Made by a program: the position numbers and the translations under genes | The notes under the pieces: model-generated | What the model was told of the DNA's origin: nothing | What the model saw: only the letters and a program-made list of their open reading frames with translations | Databases searched by the model: none | In this document: positions 46,568 to 61,100 of the stretch, one piece after another | Numbering within the stretch: the stretch's first letter is position 1 | Layout: the number at the start of each line of letters is the position of its first letter | Assembly (NCBI RefSeq): GCF_009914755.1 | Contig: NC_060947.1 | DNA: 64,000 nucleotides | Source: the human T2T-CHM13v2.0 reference genome, Homo sapiens | Strand: one strand, 5' to 3'

Positions 46568-47164
46568 CAATATATATTTGTTGGCTTCTTTTATTTCTTG
46601 GCGCACTTGGGGTTACCCACTCTGAGTACACATATCACAGTTTGCAAAGTCATTTATGAGAATTTTATGCCTTCAGCAGGGAATTTTTACCCTTCAGATG
46701 TGCCTTAACTCTACCTCAATACTGTGACCAATTACCATTTGTTAAATTATACTTTATGTATACTACTCCAAAAAAGAAAATTATCCTGAGAGTCAATCTT
46801 ATCCATAAGGACACAAAAGAAGACTACGTAAAAGATATTCATAGATGTCCATAAGTGGTATAAAATTACAGAATTTAAGAGGAATACTGGGTAAAAATAA
46901 TTTAGTTAACACATAAAAATTTAAACATTTCATTTTCAGAAAGAACCATTTGAGACTCAGAGAACTTAAATCACTTCTCTAAGACTGCCACCAGTTTACA
47001 GAAAAGTCAGGACTAGAACCCATATCTCAGATTGTTTATTCCACAATATATAGAGCCATGCAACAGCAATTTAACTAAGTATACACATTTGCTAAAGAAA
47101 AAAATGTAAATGATAAAATGATACACAATGGATTGTAAAACCAAGAGGTGAAGTTAAATGGGAC

Positions 47165-47735
47165 TTTATTAGTCAAGATTCTCCAGAGGGACAGAACCAA
47201 TGGGCTATATGTATACATGAAAGGGAGTTTATTAGGGAGAATTGGTTCACATAATTACAAGACGAAGTCCCACAATAGGCTGCCTGCAAGCTGTGGAAGA
47301 GAAAAGGCAGTAGTGGCTCAGTCCAAGTCCAAAAGCCTCAAAACCAGGGAAGCCAACAGTGCAGCCTGCAGTCTGTGCCTAAAGGCCTGAGAGCCCTCAG
47401 CAAGCCACTGGTGCAAGTCCCCGAGTCCAAAGACCAAAGAATCTGGAGTCTGATGTCCAAGGCAGTAGGAGCGGAAGGAAGCTTCCAGCATGGGAAAAGG
47501 AAGCCAGAAGACTCAGCAAGCAAACTTATCCCAGCTTCTTTTGGCTGCTTTGTTCTAGCCATGCTGGCAACCAATTGGATGGTGCCTGCCCACATTAACG
47601 GTGGGTCTTCCTCTCCCAGTCCACTGACTCAAATGTCAGTCTCCTCTGGCAACACCCTCACAGACACACACAGAAACAATACTTTACCAGCCACATCCTT
47701 CAATTCAATCAAGTTCACACCTGATATTGACTATC
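47165..47735 (-). mobile_element. MLT2-type ERVL LTR
   Basis: tattagtcaagattctccagagggacagaaccaat...caatcaagttcacacctgatattgactatc. Confidence 0.8.
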
Positions 47736-48721
47736 CTGGGGCCCAAGATACAGTATAGTGTAGTGGAAGATAAACAGCTAACTAAAGTGGTGGGGACACA
47801 TAAATACAGGATGGCGCCTTTATTTATTTTGTCTTATTAGAGATGAAGGTCTTGCTATGTTGCCCAGGCTAAACTCAAACTACTGGGCTGAAGCAACCCT
47901 CCTTCCTCAGCCTCCCAAGTAGCTGGGACCACGATGCACACCACCATATCCAGCTTTAAATAAAACCACACAGAGTCATAAAATAGATTTATTTCATTAC
48001 ACTTCTCCTTTACAGTACAAAACTACATATCAACATTATCCATGTTAATCTTTTACCAATGTGTTTTCTTCACAGAACACAAAAGGAGTATGAGAAGGTT
48101 CTAGGTAATCTGGGGGCTTCCAAGCTAAAAGTGAGGCATGATGGGTGGAGAAACCAGTATAGATCTTCAAGGAAAGGAGAGATACAGAGCAATGGAAGAT
48201 GAAACTTCTGACAGCAGCATTTAGTGTCTACTTCTACATTCACATCTCACGCCATTCATTCCTAGCGCATGGCAATACTGACCTTTTTTTCCTTTTCCTT
48301 AACAGGCCACGTGCCTTCCCACCTCAAGATCTTAATCATGCTATTTTTTCCCCCTATGATGCTTTCTTCCTTCTTTACCCACTTTTCCAGGACTAACTGA
48401 TTCCTCATTGCTCAAATCTCAGCTTTCAAATTCTAAATTCCTCAGAGAACTTTCTATGGTTCTCCAATCTAAACAAGAGTTCCCTATTAACCCTTCTCTT
48501 AACATTCTGTACTTTTTAATAATAGGAATTACCACAGTTTGTAATTATACATTTATTTGCATAATTAGTATTTACTGAATATTGAACTTCACCATGAGTC
48601 TAAGCTTTCTGAGGGCAGGGGCTGTGCATTTGGCTCTTCACTGTGCCTAGAACATAATGGATACTCAATAAATAAAGTGTGGAATATGAATAAATGTCCT
48701 AACCCCACAGGGCAACAACAC

Positions 48722-49340
48722 TGTTGGGAGAATGACATAAAATGGAACATCCTTCCCTGCCAAATGTGCTGGACTCATCTTAGTTCCCAGAGTCAGCCTT
48801 TCTTTCTTTGTGTTATAAACATGTTTCCTCTCTGTGTCTCTTTCAGTTCTTGGCTTCAGAACTCTGATCCACAACCTTCCCAGGAAACTAATCCCCTTAT
48901 CTATAATTACCAAAGAAGACAGCATGCTGTAAATCAGATTTGCAGGAAGTCAGATTGCTCTCTCTAGTAACAATCCAAGAAACTAAACAACTTCTGTAAC
49001 AATTGGCCCCAAATGGCAAGTACTTTATTAATAGTTGACAGCTTTTCCAATTTTTGTTCCTGCATCCACCTAACAAACTAAATATGAACCTCCTAACCAA
49101 TCACATAAATTGTTCTGCTTCTAGTTAGCCCACCTACAGCTTCCCTATGCGAAAAAGCTCCAATCAGGGAATACCTGAAGTCTTCCCTTTTTTCCACTAT
49201 AAAGTTTTCCCACTTCTCTGCCTGCCTTTGAGTCTCTGCCAAAACACAAGTGATGATGGCTGACTCATTTGCTATAGTAAGTTCCGAATAAACAGTCTTC
49301 GCTTATTCTCATTTGGTTGCTTTTCATTTATTTCCATGCC
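48722..49340 (+). mobile_element. ERV1-type solo LTR (MER34/MER39-like) next to an L2 end
   Basis: TG start, CCAAT boxes, ccactataaag TATA, AATAAA near 49287. Confidence 0.7.
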
Positions 49341-49901
49341 AGCAAGTGTCTTTAAAGCCGAGAACGAATAAAGCATCAGCTTGGGAAAAAAGAGAGAACA
49401 TTTTAGGTCCTGAGACCACAGGGGTTTTCCCAGGACATGTGGCAGCAGAGGGCAGCAGCATCCCAGAAGTGACTCAGAGAGGCCTATTCCTGGGTAAGGG
49501 ATCTCTCACTATTACCCTCACTCTTGCTCTTTCTCATTCGCTGTCCTGCTTGTTTATAAGATGGTGTTAGAGGCAACCTCAGCCCAAAGATACCAGGCTG
49601 ATTTTAAAGCCCTACCAAGAGCTGCATCACCACAATTGTACCTGGTGCTCCAGGACATGAATGAGTTACACACTTAGAGCAGTTTCAACAAAAATACACT
49701 CAGCTGGTTTTGAATTCTGGCAAAAGTTGGTAGCTTATTTATGGGGTTTTTTGCTTGGTTGTTTTTAACTAGAGAGATTTTTTGTGGACCCCAGAATGCA
49801 TCTTTACTGGCCAAAAATTTTTAAAATTATCTTTACTTAGAAAATAAAATCCACTTTCTGGCAGCAGGTAATATTTTCTGACATCGCATAATGGAATCGA
49901 G

Positions 49902-50155
49902 TACAGTATTCCCTTGGTATCCATGGAATATTAATTCCAGGACCTCCCCCAGCACCCACGTATACCAAAATCCACACATACTCAAGTCCAGCAGTTGGTC
50001 CTGCAGAACTCGACTATACTAAAAGTCGGCTCTCCGTATATATGCAAGTTTTGAATCCTGTGAATATGGCATTTTAAATCCACGTTTGGTTGAAAAGATC
50101 TGCACATAAATAGACCCATAAAGTTCAAACCTCTGTTGTTCAAGGGTCAACTGTA
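49902..50155. mobile_element. MER2-like TcMar-Tigger element
   Basis: TA-flanked cagtattcccttggtatccatgg...gttcaagggtcaactg. Confidence 0.75.
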
Positions 50156-50442
50156 CATATCTGAATGCCTTCATAATTATGGAAGGTGTTGGAGAAGTTA
50201 GAATTTTGATTCAAAGTTGGTATATGCCTTTTCTCAAAATAAGTACATCAAAGGCCTTAGGCTTTTCTGGTCTTAAATAAATCATATGAACCGTGGGAGC
50301 TCTTGAAGAAAGTTGTTTGGGGGTTAAAGCCAAGAAAACTCACCTTGCTACCTCTGTGTTAACTAATCTAAAACTATCCATTTGTCAATGGATAAATTCC
50401 TTTAATTCCCACTTCTTAATTCCCATCTCCTTTATTTCTACT

Positions 50443-50741
<299 letters not shown>

Positions 50742-51064
50742 AATTTTCACTCTTAAAACACAGTGTAATGCATTTATATATTTACAGAGTGGGTATTCTT
50801 GAAAGGCTAGGGACATTTTTTTTGCTCCAATAATTTCATTAAATGAACCATGGGATTCACAACTTAAAGGAACTTTTAAATTAGTTCTTTAATTGAGCAA
50901 ATCTTCTTTCATAAAGGAAATAATTATCCACTAATTTGTTTCCTAAACCTGAGATTTTACACAGCAGATTTTCCTAAACAAAGACCCTTTTAGATGGTGG
51001 TCTGTAGATTTTCTCGTTTTTCTTGACTCCGGTAAAGACACACTTGTCATAAAAGGCCAATATG

Positions 51065-54000
51065 GGATGATGTTAGTGAGAACGGCAGAGGAAGGACCTT
51101 GGAAAATTCTTCTCTCCATAAAAACAGTGAGTACACTGGCAAGTATTGTAAAAGTCAACTTTTTCGGAACTATGGAAATTAACCAAGGCTTTGAAAAATT
51201 CAAGGTGAGTTTATTAAAGAAAAATGTTTGAATTTCAGAGACAACAGCAAGCATTGTGGTATTTCAACTTGTTCTATTTCCACCACTTTTTCTTCAGGTC
51301 CAAAGTTGTCATAAAACTCAACAGCTATATAATCACTGTGAAAACCAACAGCCAAGGGAGGGAGCAGAGGGTTTGAAGCTGTCCAAAACATCATTCTTAG
51401 AGAAACATCATCATAGGAACTATTTGGCAGCTTCCTGGAAACACTCATTTCAAGTCTTGTCTTTATTTCACCTGACCCAGATCTCACTCCGTATGAACAG
51501 TCTTTTTCACAGGGGCATTTGATTTAAAGAAAACGGTAGCAATCATATAACACAATAGCTCCCTAAGGTGGCAATAAGAGTTAAGACAAACAAGAAGCTG
51601 AACAAAAAGCTTAAAAGGTAAAACTGGGGAATAAGACACTTATAGGGGACTCTGAAAAGCTTAGGCCTTTAAAATACCCATGAATCTGGGAGGCCACTCA
51701 CATGTGCAGGGCTGTGTGCACATCTAGAAAAGATCTAAGAAGGCTCTAAATTTTCGCCTCTGGGTGATCTTGAGACCCAGCACAAGTTGAAGGTTAAGAG
51801 AGAGTTGTAAACTGCTTGCCTGAACATTGAAGGAATTATCCACAATACATACAGGCTCCCTTGAAAACAAGTCTGGGAGACTTGTTGGTTAACGGCTTTT
51901 CAGGAAATCTATGTCCAATCATTACCTGACCATTAAGCTACCCAAGTAGAGACTTTAGTGGCCACAAATGACAAACAACACACACACACACAACAGAATT
52001 AATTTAAGAAAGTCCCTAACAAGCAATAAAAACAAACAGAACAAAAAAAATATCCTGGAAAGAAAGGAGAATCTGATTTCCAAGGTCCCCACAATTATAT
52101 AATTTACAATGTCCAGTTATCTTGGACCCTTCTCTTACATCATACACAAAAATCAACTCAAAATGGATTAAAGGCCGAAATGTAAAACAGGAAACCATAT
52201 AACTCCCAGAAGAAAACATATAGGAAAACTTCCTTTACATTGGCTTTGGCAGTGATTTTTTTTTGTTGTTATCACACCAAAAGCTCAAGCAACAAGAATA
52301 ATAATAAGTGGGACTACATCAAACTAAAAAGCTTCTGCACAGCAAAGGAAGCATCAACAAAATGAAAAAGCAGTCTATGGATTGGCAGAAAATATTTGCA
52401 AACGATATATCTGATAAAGAGTTAATATACAAAATATATAAGGAACACACGCAACTCAATAGCAAAAAAAAAACACAAATAGTCCCTTTAAAACATGAGT
52501 AAAGGACCTGAATAGACATTTTTCCAAAGAAGACATAAAAGTGGCCAGTAAGTATATGTAAAGGTGCTCAACATCACTAATCATCAGCGAAACGCAAATT
52601 AAAACCACAACAAGATGTCATCTTACACCTGTTAAAATATTATGTTGTACATCCTCAACATATACAATAAGAAATAAAATAAACTATCCTGTTATCAAGG
52701 GATGACGTTAGCAAGATGGTGGAATAAGAAGTCCTGGACTCTCCTTCCCCAATAGACACACTGATTCAATAGCAAGATGATTGATCCATTTCTTTCGTGA
52801 GAAATGGATCAATTTCTTTTGTGAGAAATCCAGAAACTAGTTGACAGGCTCCTGCACCCTGAGTGAGTTTGAAACCAGCCACATCAAAACGAGAAGGAAA
52901 ATTGGAGACCCTCGCACCATAATCCCCACTCTAGGCACAGCATCGTATGACATGAGAGAAGTCCAGGTTCTCAGTGTCTCCTCAAAGAGCAGAGGAGTCA
53001 CACCACACATCTGGATTTCCAATTTTCCCATGTATTACCCAAGGGACTGGCTTCTATCTCTCCTGTTTCTAAAAGCTGATGGGGCCCAGCAGACACTAGT
53101 TCCCTGGGGGCTCCAGACAGCAATGCCTAAAGCGCAAGCACTTCCCACAGCTCCACCCCCTGGCTCAGCCAGTTTAACTCAAGAAGAAATAGAAAATGTG
53201 AATAGACATAGAACAAGTAAAGAGATTCTGTCACTCCTCAAAAACCTTACCACAAAAAAAAAAAAAAACCCAGGACACGGTGGCTTCATTGGTTAATTCT
53301 ACCAAAAGTTCTAAAAAGAAATAACACGGATACTTCACAAACTTTTCCAAAAATAAAAAAAGTGGGAACACTATGATTCAAGTATCACTCTTGTATCAAA
53401 GCCAGACAGACATTACAAGAAAAGAAGTAAAAGACCTACGTATTATGAATATAGATAAAAATTCTTCTGCAAAATTATAGCAAAACAGATCCAGCATCAT
53501 AGAAAAATAAGTATACACTCTGACCCAGTGCAGTTTATCCCAAGAATGCAAGGTTGTTTCAGCATCTGAAAATCAGTCAATTTAATACACAATATAAATA
53601 ACACAAAGGCAGAACGACATGATCATCTCAACACATGCATTTGACAAAATCCAACACTATTTTATAATAAAAATAATCAACAAACTAAGACTAGAAGGGA
53701 ACTTTCTCCACATTATAAAGGGCAGCTGTAAAAAACCAATAGCATACTTCATACTTAATGAAACACTGGATACTTTTCCATTAAGATCAGGAACCAGACA
53801 GAGATGTCCACCTTCACCACTTCTATTCAATAATGTACTGGAAATTCTAACCAGGGAAATTAGACTAGAAAAAAAGTAAAAGTCATCCAGATTGTAAAGG
53901 AAGAAATAAAATTATCTCTATTTGCAGATAACATGATTTTATATTAAAAAATCCACAAAGATATATTAGTGCTAATAAACGAGTTCAGTAAGGTTGCAGA

Positions 54001-56632
54001 ATTAACATACAAAAATCAGTTGTATTTCTATATACTAGAAATAATCAATTAAAAATGAAATTAAGGAACCAATTTTATTTAAAATAGCATCACATTAATA
54101 AAATCACTAAAAAATTTAGAAAAGAAGGTAAAAACTTGCACACCAAAGAGTACAAACCATTGCTGAAAGAAATTAAAGAAGGCCTAAATAAATGAAAAGG
54201 CATTTGTGTTCATTAATTGGAAAAATTAATATCATTAAGATGTTGCTACTCCCCTAAATTGATCTACCGATCTAATAAAATAACTTTCAAAATTCCAACT
54301 GCATTTTCACAGAAATGGGAAAGCTAAAATTCATGTTTGTATTAGTTTGCTCTCACATTGGTATAAAGAACTACCTGAGACTGGGTAATTTATTAAAAAA
54401 AAAGAGATTCAATCGGCTCACAGTTCCACAGCCTGTATGGGAAGCATAGCCTGGATGGTCTCAGGAAGCTTACAATCATGGCAGAAGGGGAAGGGGAAGC
54501 CTGCACATCCTACGTGGCTGGAGAAGGAGGAAGAGAGAGAGGGAAGGGGGAGGTGCTATACACTTTGAACCAGATCTCGTGAGAACTCTTTCATGAGACA
54601 GCACTAGAGGGATGGTGCTAAACCATTAGAAACTACCCCCAGCTCCAATCACCTCTCACCAACACTGAACAATTCTATGAGAGTTGGGTGGGGACACAGA
54701 GCCAAATCATCACAATGTGGAAATAGAAGGCGCCCTGAATAACCAACACAATCTTTAAAAAGTAGAACAAATTTGGAGAACTTGCACTCCTGGATTTCAA
54801 AACTGTAGTAATCAGTACAGTGTGATACTGATGTTTCCATAAGGATATATATAAGTAAAATAAAATTGAGAGCCCAGATATAACCCATACATCTATGGTA
54901 AATTGGTTTTCAATAATCTTTTCAAAAATGGTCCTGGGACAAATGGTTATACACATAGTGGTTGCAAAATAATGAATTTGGTCACTTTCCTCACATTCCA
55001 TTAAAAAAAAAAAACATTAAAATGGATGGAAGACCTAAATGCAAGAATTAAATTTATAAGCTACTGGAAGAAAAAGATGTAAATCTTTGTGACTTTGGAC
55101 TAAGAAATGGTTTCCTTGATATTTTGTTAGTCAGTTCAGGCTTATATAACAAATACCATAGTCTGGGTGGCTTATAAACGACAGAAATTTATTTCTCGCA
55201 GTTCTGGAGGCCGGAAGTCTAAGATCAGGGTGTCAGCATGGTCAGATTTTGGCAAAGGCACTCCTGTGGGTTGGAAACTGCCAATTTCTTATTGTATCAT
55301 CACGTGGGAGAGAGCAGAGAGAATGAGAGCAAGCTTTTGTGTCTCTTCTTACAAGGGGAATAATCCCATTAATCAGGGCTCCACCCCCATGAGCTAATTA
55401 CCCCCTAGGGCCCCACATCCCAATAACATCACACTGGGAATTAGAATTTCAACATATAAATTTGGGAGGACACAAGCATTCAGTCCATAACATATATGAC
55501 ATCAAAACGCAACAACCAAAGAAAAAGTAAACTGGACATCATCAAAATTTAAAACTTTTGTGCATCAAAGGACACTATCAAGATAACACATGTTTATCCA
55601 TGTAACAAACCTGCACATCCTGCTCATGTACCCCAGAACTTAAAATAAAAATTTAAATTTAAAAAATATAATGAAAAGATAACACAGAGGAGGAGAAAAT
55701 ATTTGCAAATATTTTATGTAATAAAAATCTAGTATCCAGAATATATAAAGAACTCTTACAATTCAATAATAAAAACAAACCCAATTAAAGCTGAGAAAAT
55801 AATTTGAATAGCTATTTCTATGAAGAAGTTACACAAGTGGCCAGTAAGCACATAAAAGAGGATCAGTATCATTAGTCATTAGGGAAATGCAAATGAAAAC
55901 CACAACTAAATGCTACTTCTTACCCACTAGGACAGCTATCATCAAAAGGACAGACATGACACATAGTGATGAGGATGTGGAGAAATTGGAGCCCTCATAT
56001 ACCGTTGGTAGGAATGTAAAGTGGTGCAGCTACTCAGGAAAACAGTCTGGAAGTTCCTCAGATGATTAAATATAGAGTTACCGTAGGTCCCAACAATTTC
56101 ACTCGTAGGCATATATCCAGAACTGAAAACATATGTTTACACTAAAACTTGTACACGAATGTTGACCGTAACATTATTCATAATAATCTAAAACTGAAAC
56201 AAACACAAATAACCATCAATTAATGATTTTATAATTAAAATGTCATATATCCATACAACGCAATATTATTTACCATAAAAGGGATGAAATTCTGCCACAT
56301 GCTACAACATGGATGAACCTTAAAAAATTATACGTCAAGTGAAAGAAGCCAGTCATAAAAAGCCACATATTGTATGATTCTATTTATGTGAAATGTTAAC
56401 AATAGACTAAACCATAGAGACAGAAACTAGATTAGTGGTTGCCAAAAGCTGTGGGGAAAGGGCAATAGGGGGACTATTAACAAGTACGGGATTTCTTTTT
56501 GGGGTGATAAAAATATTCTGGGATTAAGTAGTGGTGATGGCTGCAAAATTGTGTGAACATACTAAAACCCACTGAATTGTACATTTTAAAATAACAAATT
56601 TAATGACATATGAATAATTTCTCAATTTAAAA
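51065..56632 (+). mobile_element. Mosaic of old L1M/L1MB fragments with nested MaLR LTRs (MSTA/THE1-like ~54337-54712; MLT1-like ~55125-55490)
   Basis: L1 ORF2 motifs (FDKIQH, FPLRSGTRQRCPPSPLLFN), L1MB 3'UTR ending ~56630; minus-strand LTR motifs inside. Confidence 0.8.
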
Positions 56633-57680
56633 AAGTTAATCCCAATCACCATCAATACACTATAAGGCTCAACTGGGCATCGGTGGCATAGCCACAATTC
56701 TTCTGTGTCTTTCACTGTTGATCTATCTGCATGTAATTATAGAAATGAAGGTTGGACAGACACTGGATCTTGATGTCGGATTCCATACTACGACTGTATA
56801 TAGATACTTTCCAAATCCAAATTGAAGTTTCACAATAGGTTTTGTTGTAAATGTGTGGCTCTAATTTTATATCCTGTATTTACATGTATTCCATAAATAA
56901 TGTTCCAAAATTGTATGAGACACACAGATTTCCAGAATACCGTCTTACTTTCCAAGCTTTACTCCAAAAAAATTGAGACTTTCTTCAATAGATTTAGTAC
57001 AACAAACACAGTCTGTTGTCCTTATTAATATAGTGAAATTTATCCACGGTTCAAACTTTTGTCTGTTGAGTTTTCTGCAGCTATGTGTGCAGCTATGCCA
57101 CATTGCAGAGACCTGACAAAATAATCCCACCACTTTTACAGCATTAGGTTTGCCTACGGCAGCAAATCAGAAAGACCACATCAAATTTATTTTGGATACA
57201 CAGACAAAGCTGTGTTTTCCCAAGAAAGTTAGTAAAACAGGTATTGTTGAAATTGCAGTTTCAAAAAAACTCAGCAATGTATATTCTTCTTTCTCTGTCC
57301 TTTCTGGAGAGGCACAAGTGGAATATAAACATGGTAAAATAAAATTAATTCAGATTTCATTCCTTTATAACTTTGTAATTGTGATGTGAGCTAGGTATGA
57401 TGTTTAAACTTTGCAATATTTCCCATTTTAATGTTAATTTTAGAAAAGAAATTTTAACTAACATCAAGCATTTTATACTCCCTTAATATACAAATATTTT
57501 ATATATTAATGATAAAATTATATCCAGACATTAAAGTAAATCTCCTGAGATCTTTAATTAGATTCACCTTTGATTGGTCCTAATTCTTGACAGTAGTTGA
57601 AATTATTAAAACAGCATTTCAAAGAAATCTTTCATGACCTCAAATTTTCAGTGACTGGGACTGGCTTTCCGGTAAGTTTG

Positions 57681-57865
57681 AATTAGTAAGTCTGAATTAA
57701 TATCAATTTACTTTTGAGTACCTCCTGAGTGATTAGGACACAGAATGTGGAGTGAGACTGACCAAAGACAAATCATCGTTTCACTATATACAAGCTCAGT
57801 GACCACTTAGCCAAGTGACCTCTGTGCTTCAACTGTCCTCATCTGTAAAATTGGAATAATAATAG
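57681..57865 (+). repeat. Copy 1 of a ~190-bp local direct duplication (contains MIR core)
   Basis: Near-identical to 59540-59731. Confidence 0.9.
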
Positions 57866-58524
57866 CACAAATGTCATAAAGTTATGACAATTAAATGTGT
57901 TAACCTTTTAAAGTACCTGGAACATTTTAATCATTATACTTTTTATCAACATAATAATTAAAACAGACTTAATTGGTTTGCTTTAATTTCCTTTAAGCCT
58001 GCATTAAATCAACAGTACTTAATCTGTACCAAATACCATGCCTAGGTTCTTGCAGCACTCCCTATGTTATGACTGTGGTTATAGTTTTATGAAGGACCTA
58101 TTTTACTGTTATGTGTTAATTTGTTATGTATTAAATTTAATGTGTTAGTAGAAAACAGCATATTAAATGATCACAATAAAAAGGGATGGGGTAGCTAAAG
58201 GTGAAGTTCATGTGCTGTGAAGGCCACCTGGAGGCACCACCTTCACTGTGGAGCCCAGGAACATAGGCAATCCCGGATCTCCATGTGTCATGAATCAGAT
58301 AGACCCCTGAAGCATGCAGAACACTAGGACACTACTGCCAATGAACTCTATTGTCATGAGGCAGAAATAGCCCTTCCAGGCAAGTGAACATTGCAGGCTT
58401 CTAATGCTATGGCTCATGTGAATACTACAATCATGTGGCCTCCTACTTTCATGTGGCAATGAGGCCCTCATAATTATGTGGGCACCACAGGTACTCTACT
58501 GCTGTTGGTCACATGGATACCATG

Positions 58525-58873
58525 TGGCTTAGTCTGTTTGGGCTACTATAACAAAATACCATGGACTGTGTAGTCTATAAACAACAGAAATTTATTTTTC
58601 ACAGTTCTGGAGGCTGGAAAGTCCAAGGTCAAGGCACTGGCAGATTCAGTGTCTGATAAGGGCACTGGCCATATTTTCACTCTAACCTCACATGGAGGAA
58701 GGGGAAAGGGATCTTTCTTGGGCCTATTTTGAAAGGACACTAATCCCATTCATGAGGGCTCTACCCTCATGACTTAATCAACTCCCCAGAGTCCCAGCTC
58801 CTAATAACATCACCTTAGGGTTTAGGATTTCAGCATATGAATTTTGGGGGAACACAAATATTCAGACCTTAGC
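58525..58873 (-). mobile_element. MLT1A-type MaLR LTR
   Basis: cttagtctgtttgggctactataacaaaatacc...cacaaatattcagaccttagca. Confidence 0.8.
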
Positions 58874-59539
58874 ACTCTGATCATGTGCTCCCTTATAGTC
58901 ATTAGGCAGGCTAAACTCTTTGTATTGTGTAAAAACTGTAGACTTTGGAACCCTATGAGTCATGTGAATATTGCCCCCCTTATGGCCCTCACTATTGTGT
59001 GGCAGGTTCAGCTCTCTCATCCAGGTGAAGTCACATGAATCCTGTGGGCATGGTCACAGTCCTATGGCCATGTACCATGCCTAGCCCATTAATAGAAACT
59101 TCTGAACTGGATCTAATCTTTTAGCCCTCTGTAAATTCAGACCTACAGATGCAGAAAATTGTCAGAACTGTAGTCCATGCTCAGGCAAAACTTTGATCGG
59201 ACTGTGGCTCAGATCCCAACCTTTCTACCAAATTTTACATCCTGCCTCAGTGGACAGTACTTGGGTATCAGGAGTGATAGCAAATATTAGAAGTTTACTC
59301 AGCAAATTGGACACTGAGGGAGCCAAATGGGTCCAAGTGGCAGAGGGACACAGAGGGTTGGTGGAGGGAGGGAGACTTCCTCAGGGTTTGTGGACAAATT
59401 TGGCAGATTCAGTGTCTGATAAGGGCCCTGGCTGTTATTGGTAGAGAGGGATGTGGTGTTAGCGGGGGGAAACACTATGAGAGGTATAGGTCATGGACTT
59501 GTAGATCATCTGTCTGTGGCAGGGCTCTGGAAGGCTGGT

Positions 59540-59731
59540 AATTAGTTAAGTCTGAATTAATGTCAATTTACTTTTGGCTACCTCCTTAGTGATTAGGACA
59601 CAGAATGTGGAGTGAGACTGACAGAGACAAATCATCATTTCACTATATACAAGCTCGGTGACCACTTAGCTAAGTGACCTAATACCTCTGTGCTTCAACT
59701 GTCCTCATCTGTAAAATTGGAATAATAATAG
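59540..59731 (+). repeat. Copy 2 of the ~190-bp local direct duplication
   Basis: Near-identical to 57681-57865, with a few substitutions and a 7-nt indel (acct/aatacct). Confidence 0.9.
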
Positions 59732-60054
59732 GGACACCATACCCTACCCCTCTCCCATCCCTGCAATAAAGCCCGGTACTTGCCTACCCCCCTGCCATAT
59801 TAACTGTCTGTGGAGATTAATTATCATAATCACCTGTATGTGATGTATCAATTTCCTCCTCCCCTGTTTACACTCCCATAAATGTGTGATGACCTGCTCT
59901 GCTCCTCTTCTGCCTATGTTTTTGTTAAGGACATCAGAGATTTTCTAGATGTCAATATGTACAGCATATCCTAAATCAGCTTAATTTCTCTCTTAATTGA
60001 TTTTGTAATGATTATCTTTATACCGTTACTAATTCTCCCAGTAAACATTCTAAA

Positions 60055-61100
60055 CAAAGGAAAGAGGTTTAATTGACTCACAGTTCCACATGTCTGGGGG
60101 AGCTCAGAAAACTTACAATCATGGTGGAAGGTGAAGCAGGCACCTTCTTCACAAGGCAGCAGGCCAGATAAAGAGTGAAAGAGAGAGCAGGGAAAAGCTG
60201 CCTTATAAAACCATCAGATCTCTAAGAACTCACTTACTATCACGAGAACAGCACAGGGGAAACCATCGCCATGATTCAGTCACCTCCATCCAGGTCTCTC
60301 CCTCCACATGTGGAGATTATAGGGATGACAATTCGAAATGAGATTTGAGTGGGGACATAGAGCCAAATCATACTATTCCACCCCTGGTTCCTCCCAAATG
60401 TCATGTCCTTTTTGCGTTTCAAAACCAATCATGCCTTCCCAACAGTCCCCGAAAGCCTTAACTCATTCCAGCATTAACCCAAAAGTTTAAGTCCAAAGTC
60501 TTGTATGAGACAAGGAAAGTCCCTTCCACTAAGGAGCCTGTCAAATTAAAAGCAAGTTAGTTACTTCCAAGATACAATGGGTATACAGGCATTGGATAAA
60601 TGTGCCCATTCCAAATGGGAAAAACTGGCCAAAACAAAGGGGCTACAGGACCCATGCAAGTCCAAAACCCAGCAGAGCATCCATTAAATCTGAAATCTCC
60701 AAAATGATCTTCTTTGACCTCATGTCTCATATCCAAGGCACAATGATGCAAGGGCTGGGCTACCACAGCCTTGGGCAGCTCCTTCATGGGCTGGCATTGA
60801 GTGTCTGCAGCTTTTCCAGGCATACGGTGCAAGCTGTTGGTCGATCTACCATTCTGGGGTCTGAAGGATGGTGGGCCTCTTCTCACAGCTCCACTAGGCA
60901 GTGCCACAGTGAGGAGTCTTTGTAAGGGCTTTGACCCCATATTTCCCTTCCACATGGCACTAGTACAAGTTGTCCTTGAGGGCTCTGCCCCTGAAGCAGA
61001 CTTCTGCCTGGATATCCATGTGTTTCTGTACATCCTCTGAAGCAGAGGTTCCCAAACCTCAATTCTTGACTTCTGTGCATCCGCAAGCCTAACACCATGT
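60055..61100 (-). mobile_element. THE1/MSTA-type LTR plus adjacent internal sequence
   Basis: aagaggtttaattgactcacagttcc...gagccaaatcatac, then MaLR-int ttccacccctggttcctcccaaat... Confidence 0.85.

Noticed and set aside
56640-57400. Non-obvious sequence that might be a retrocopy or transposase relic
   Set aside because: The frames I translated contain many stops and no motif I can recognise; unsupported without a BLASTX/Dfam search.
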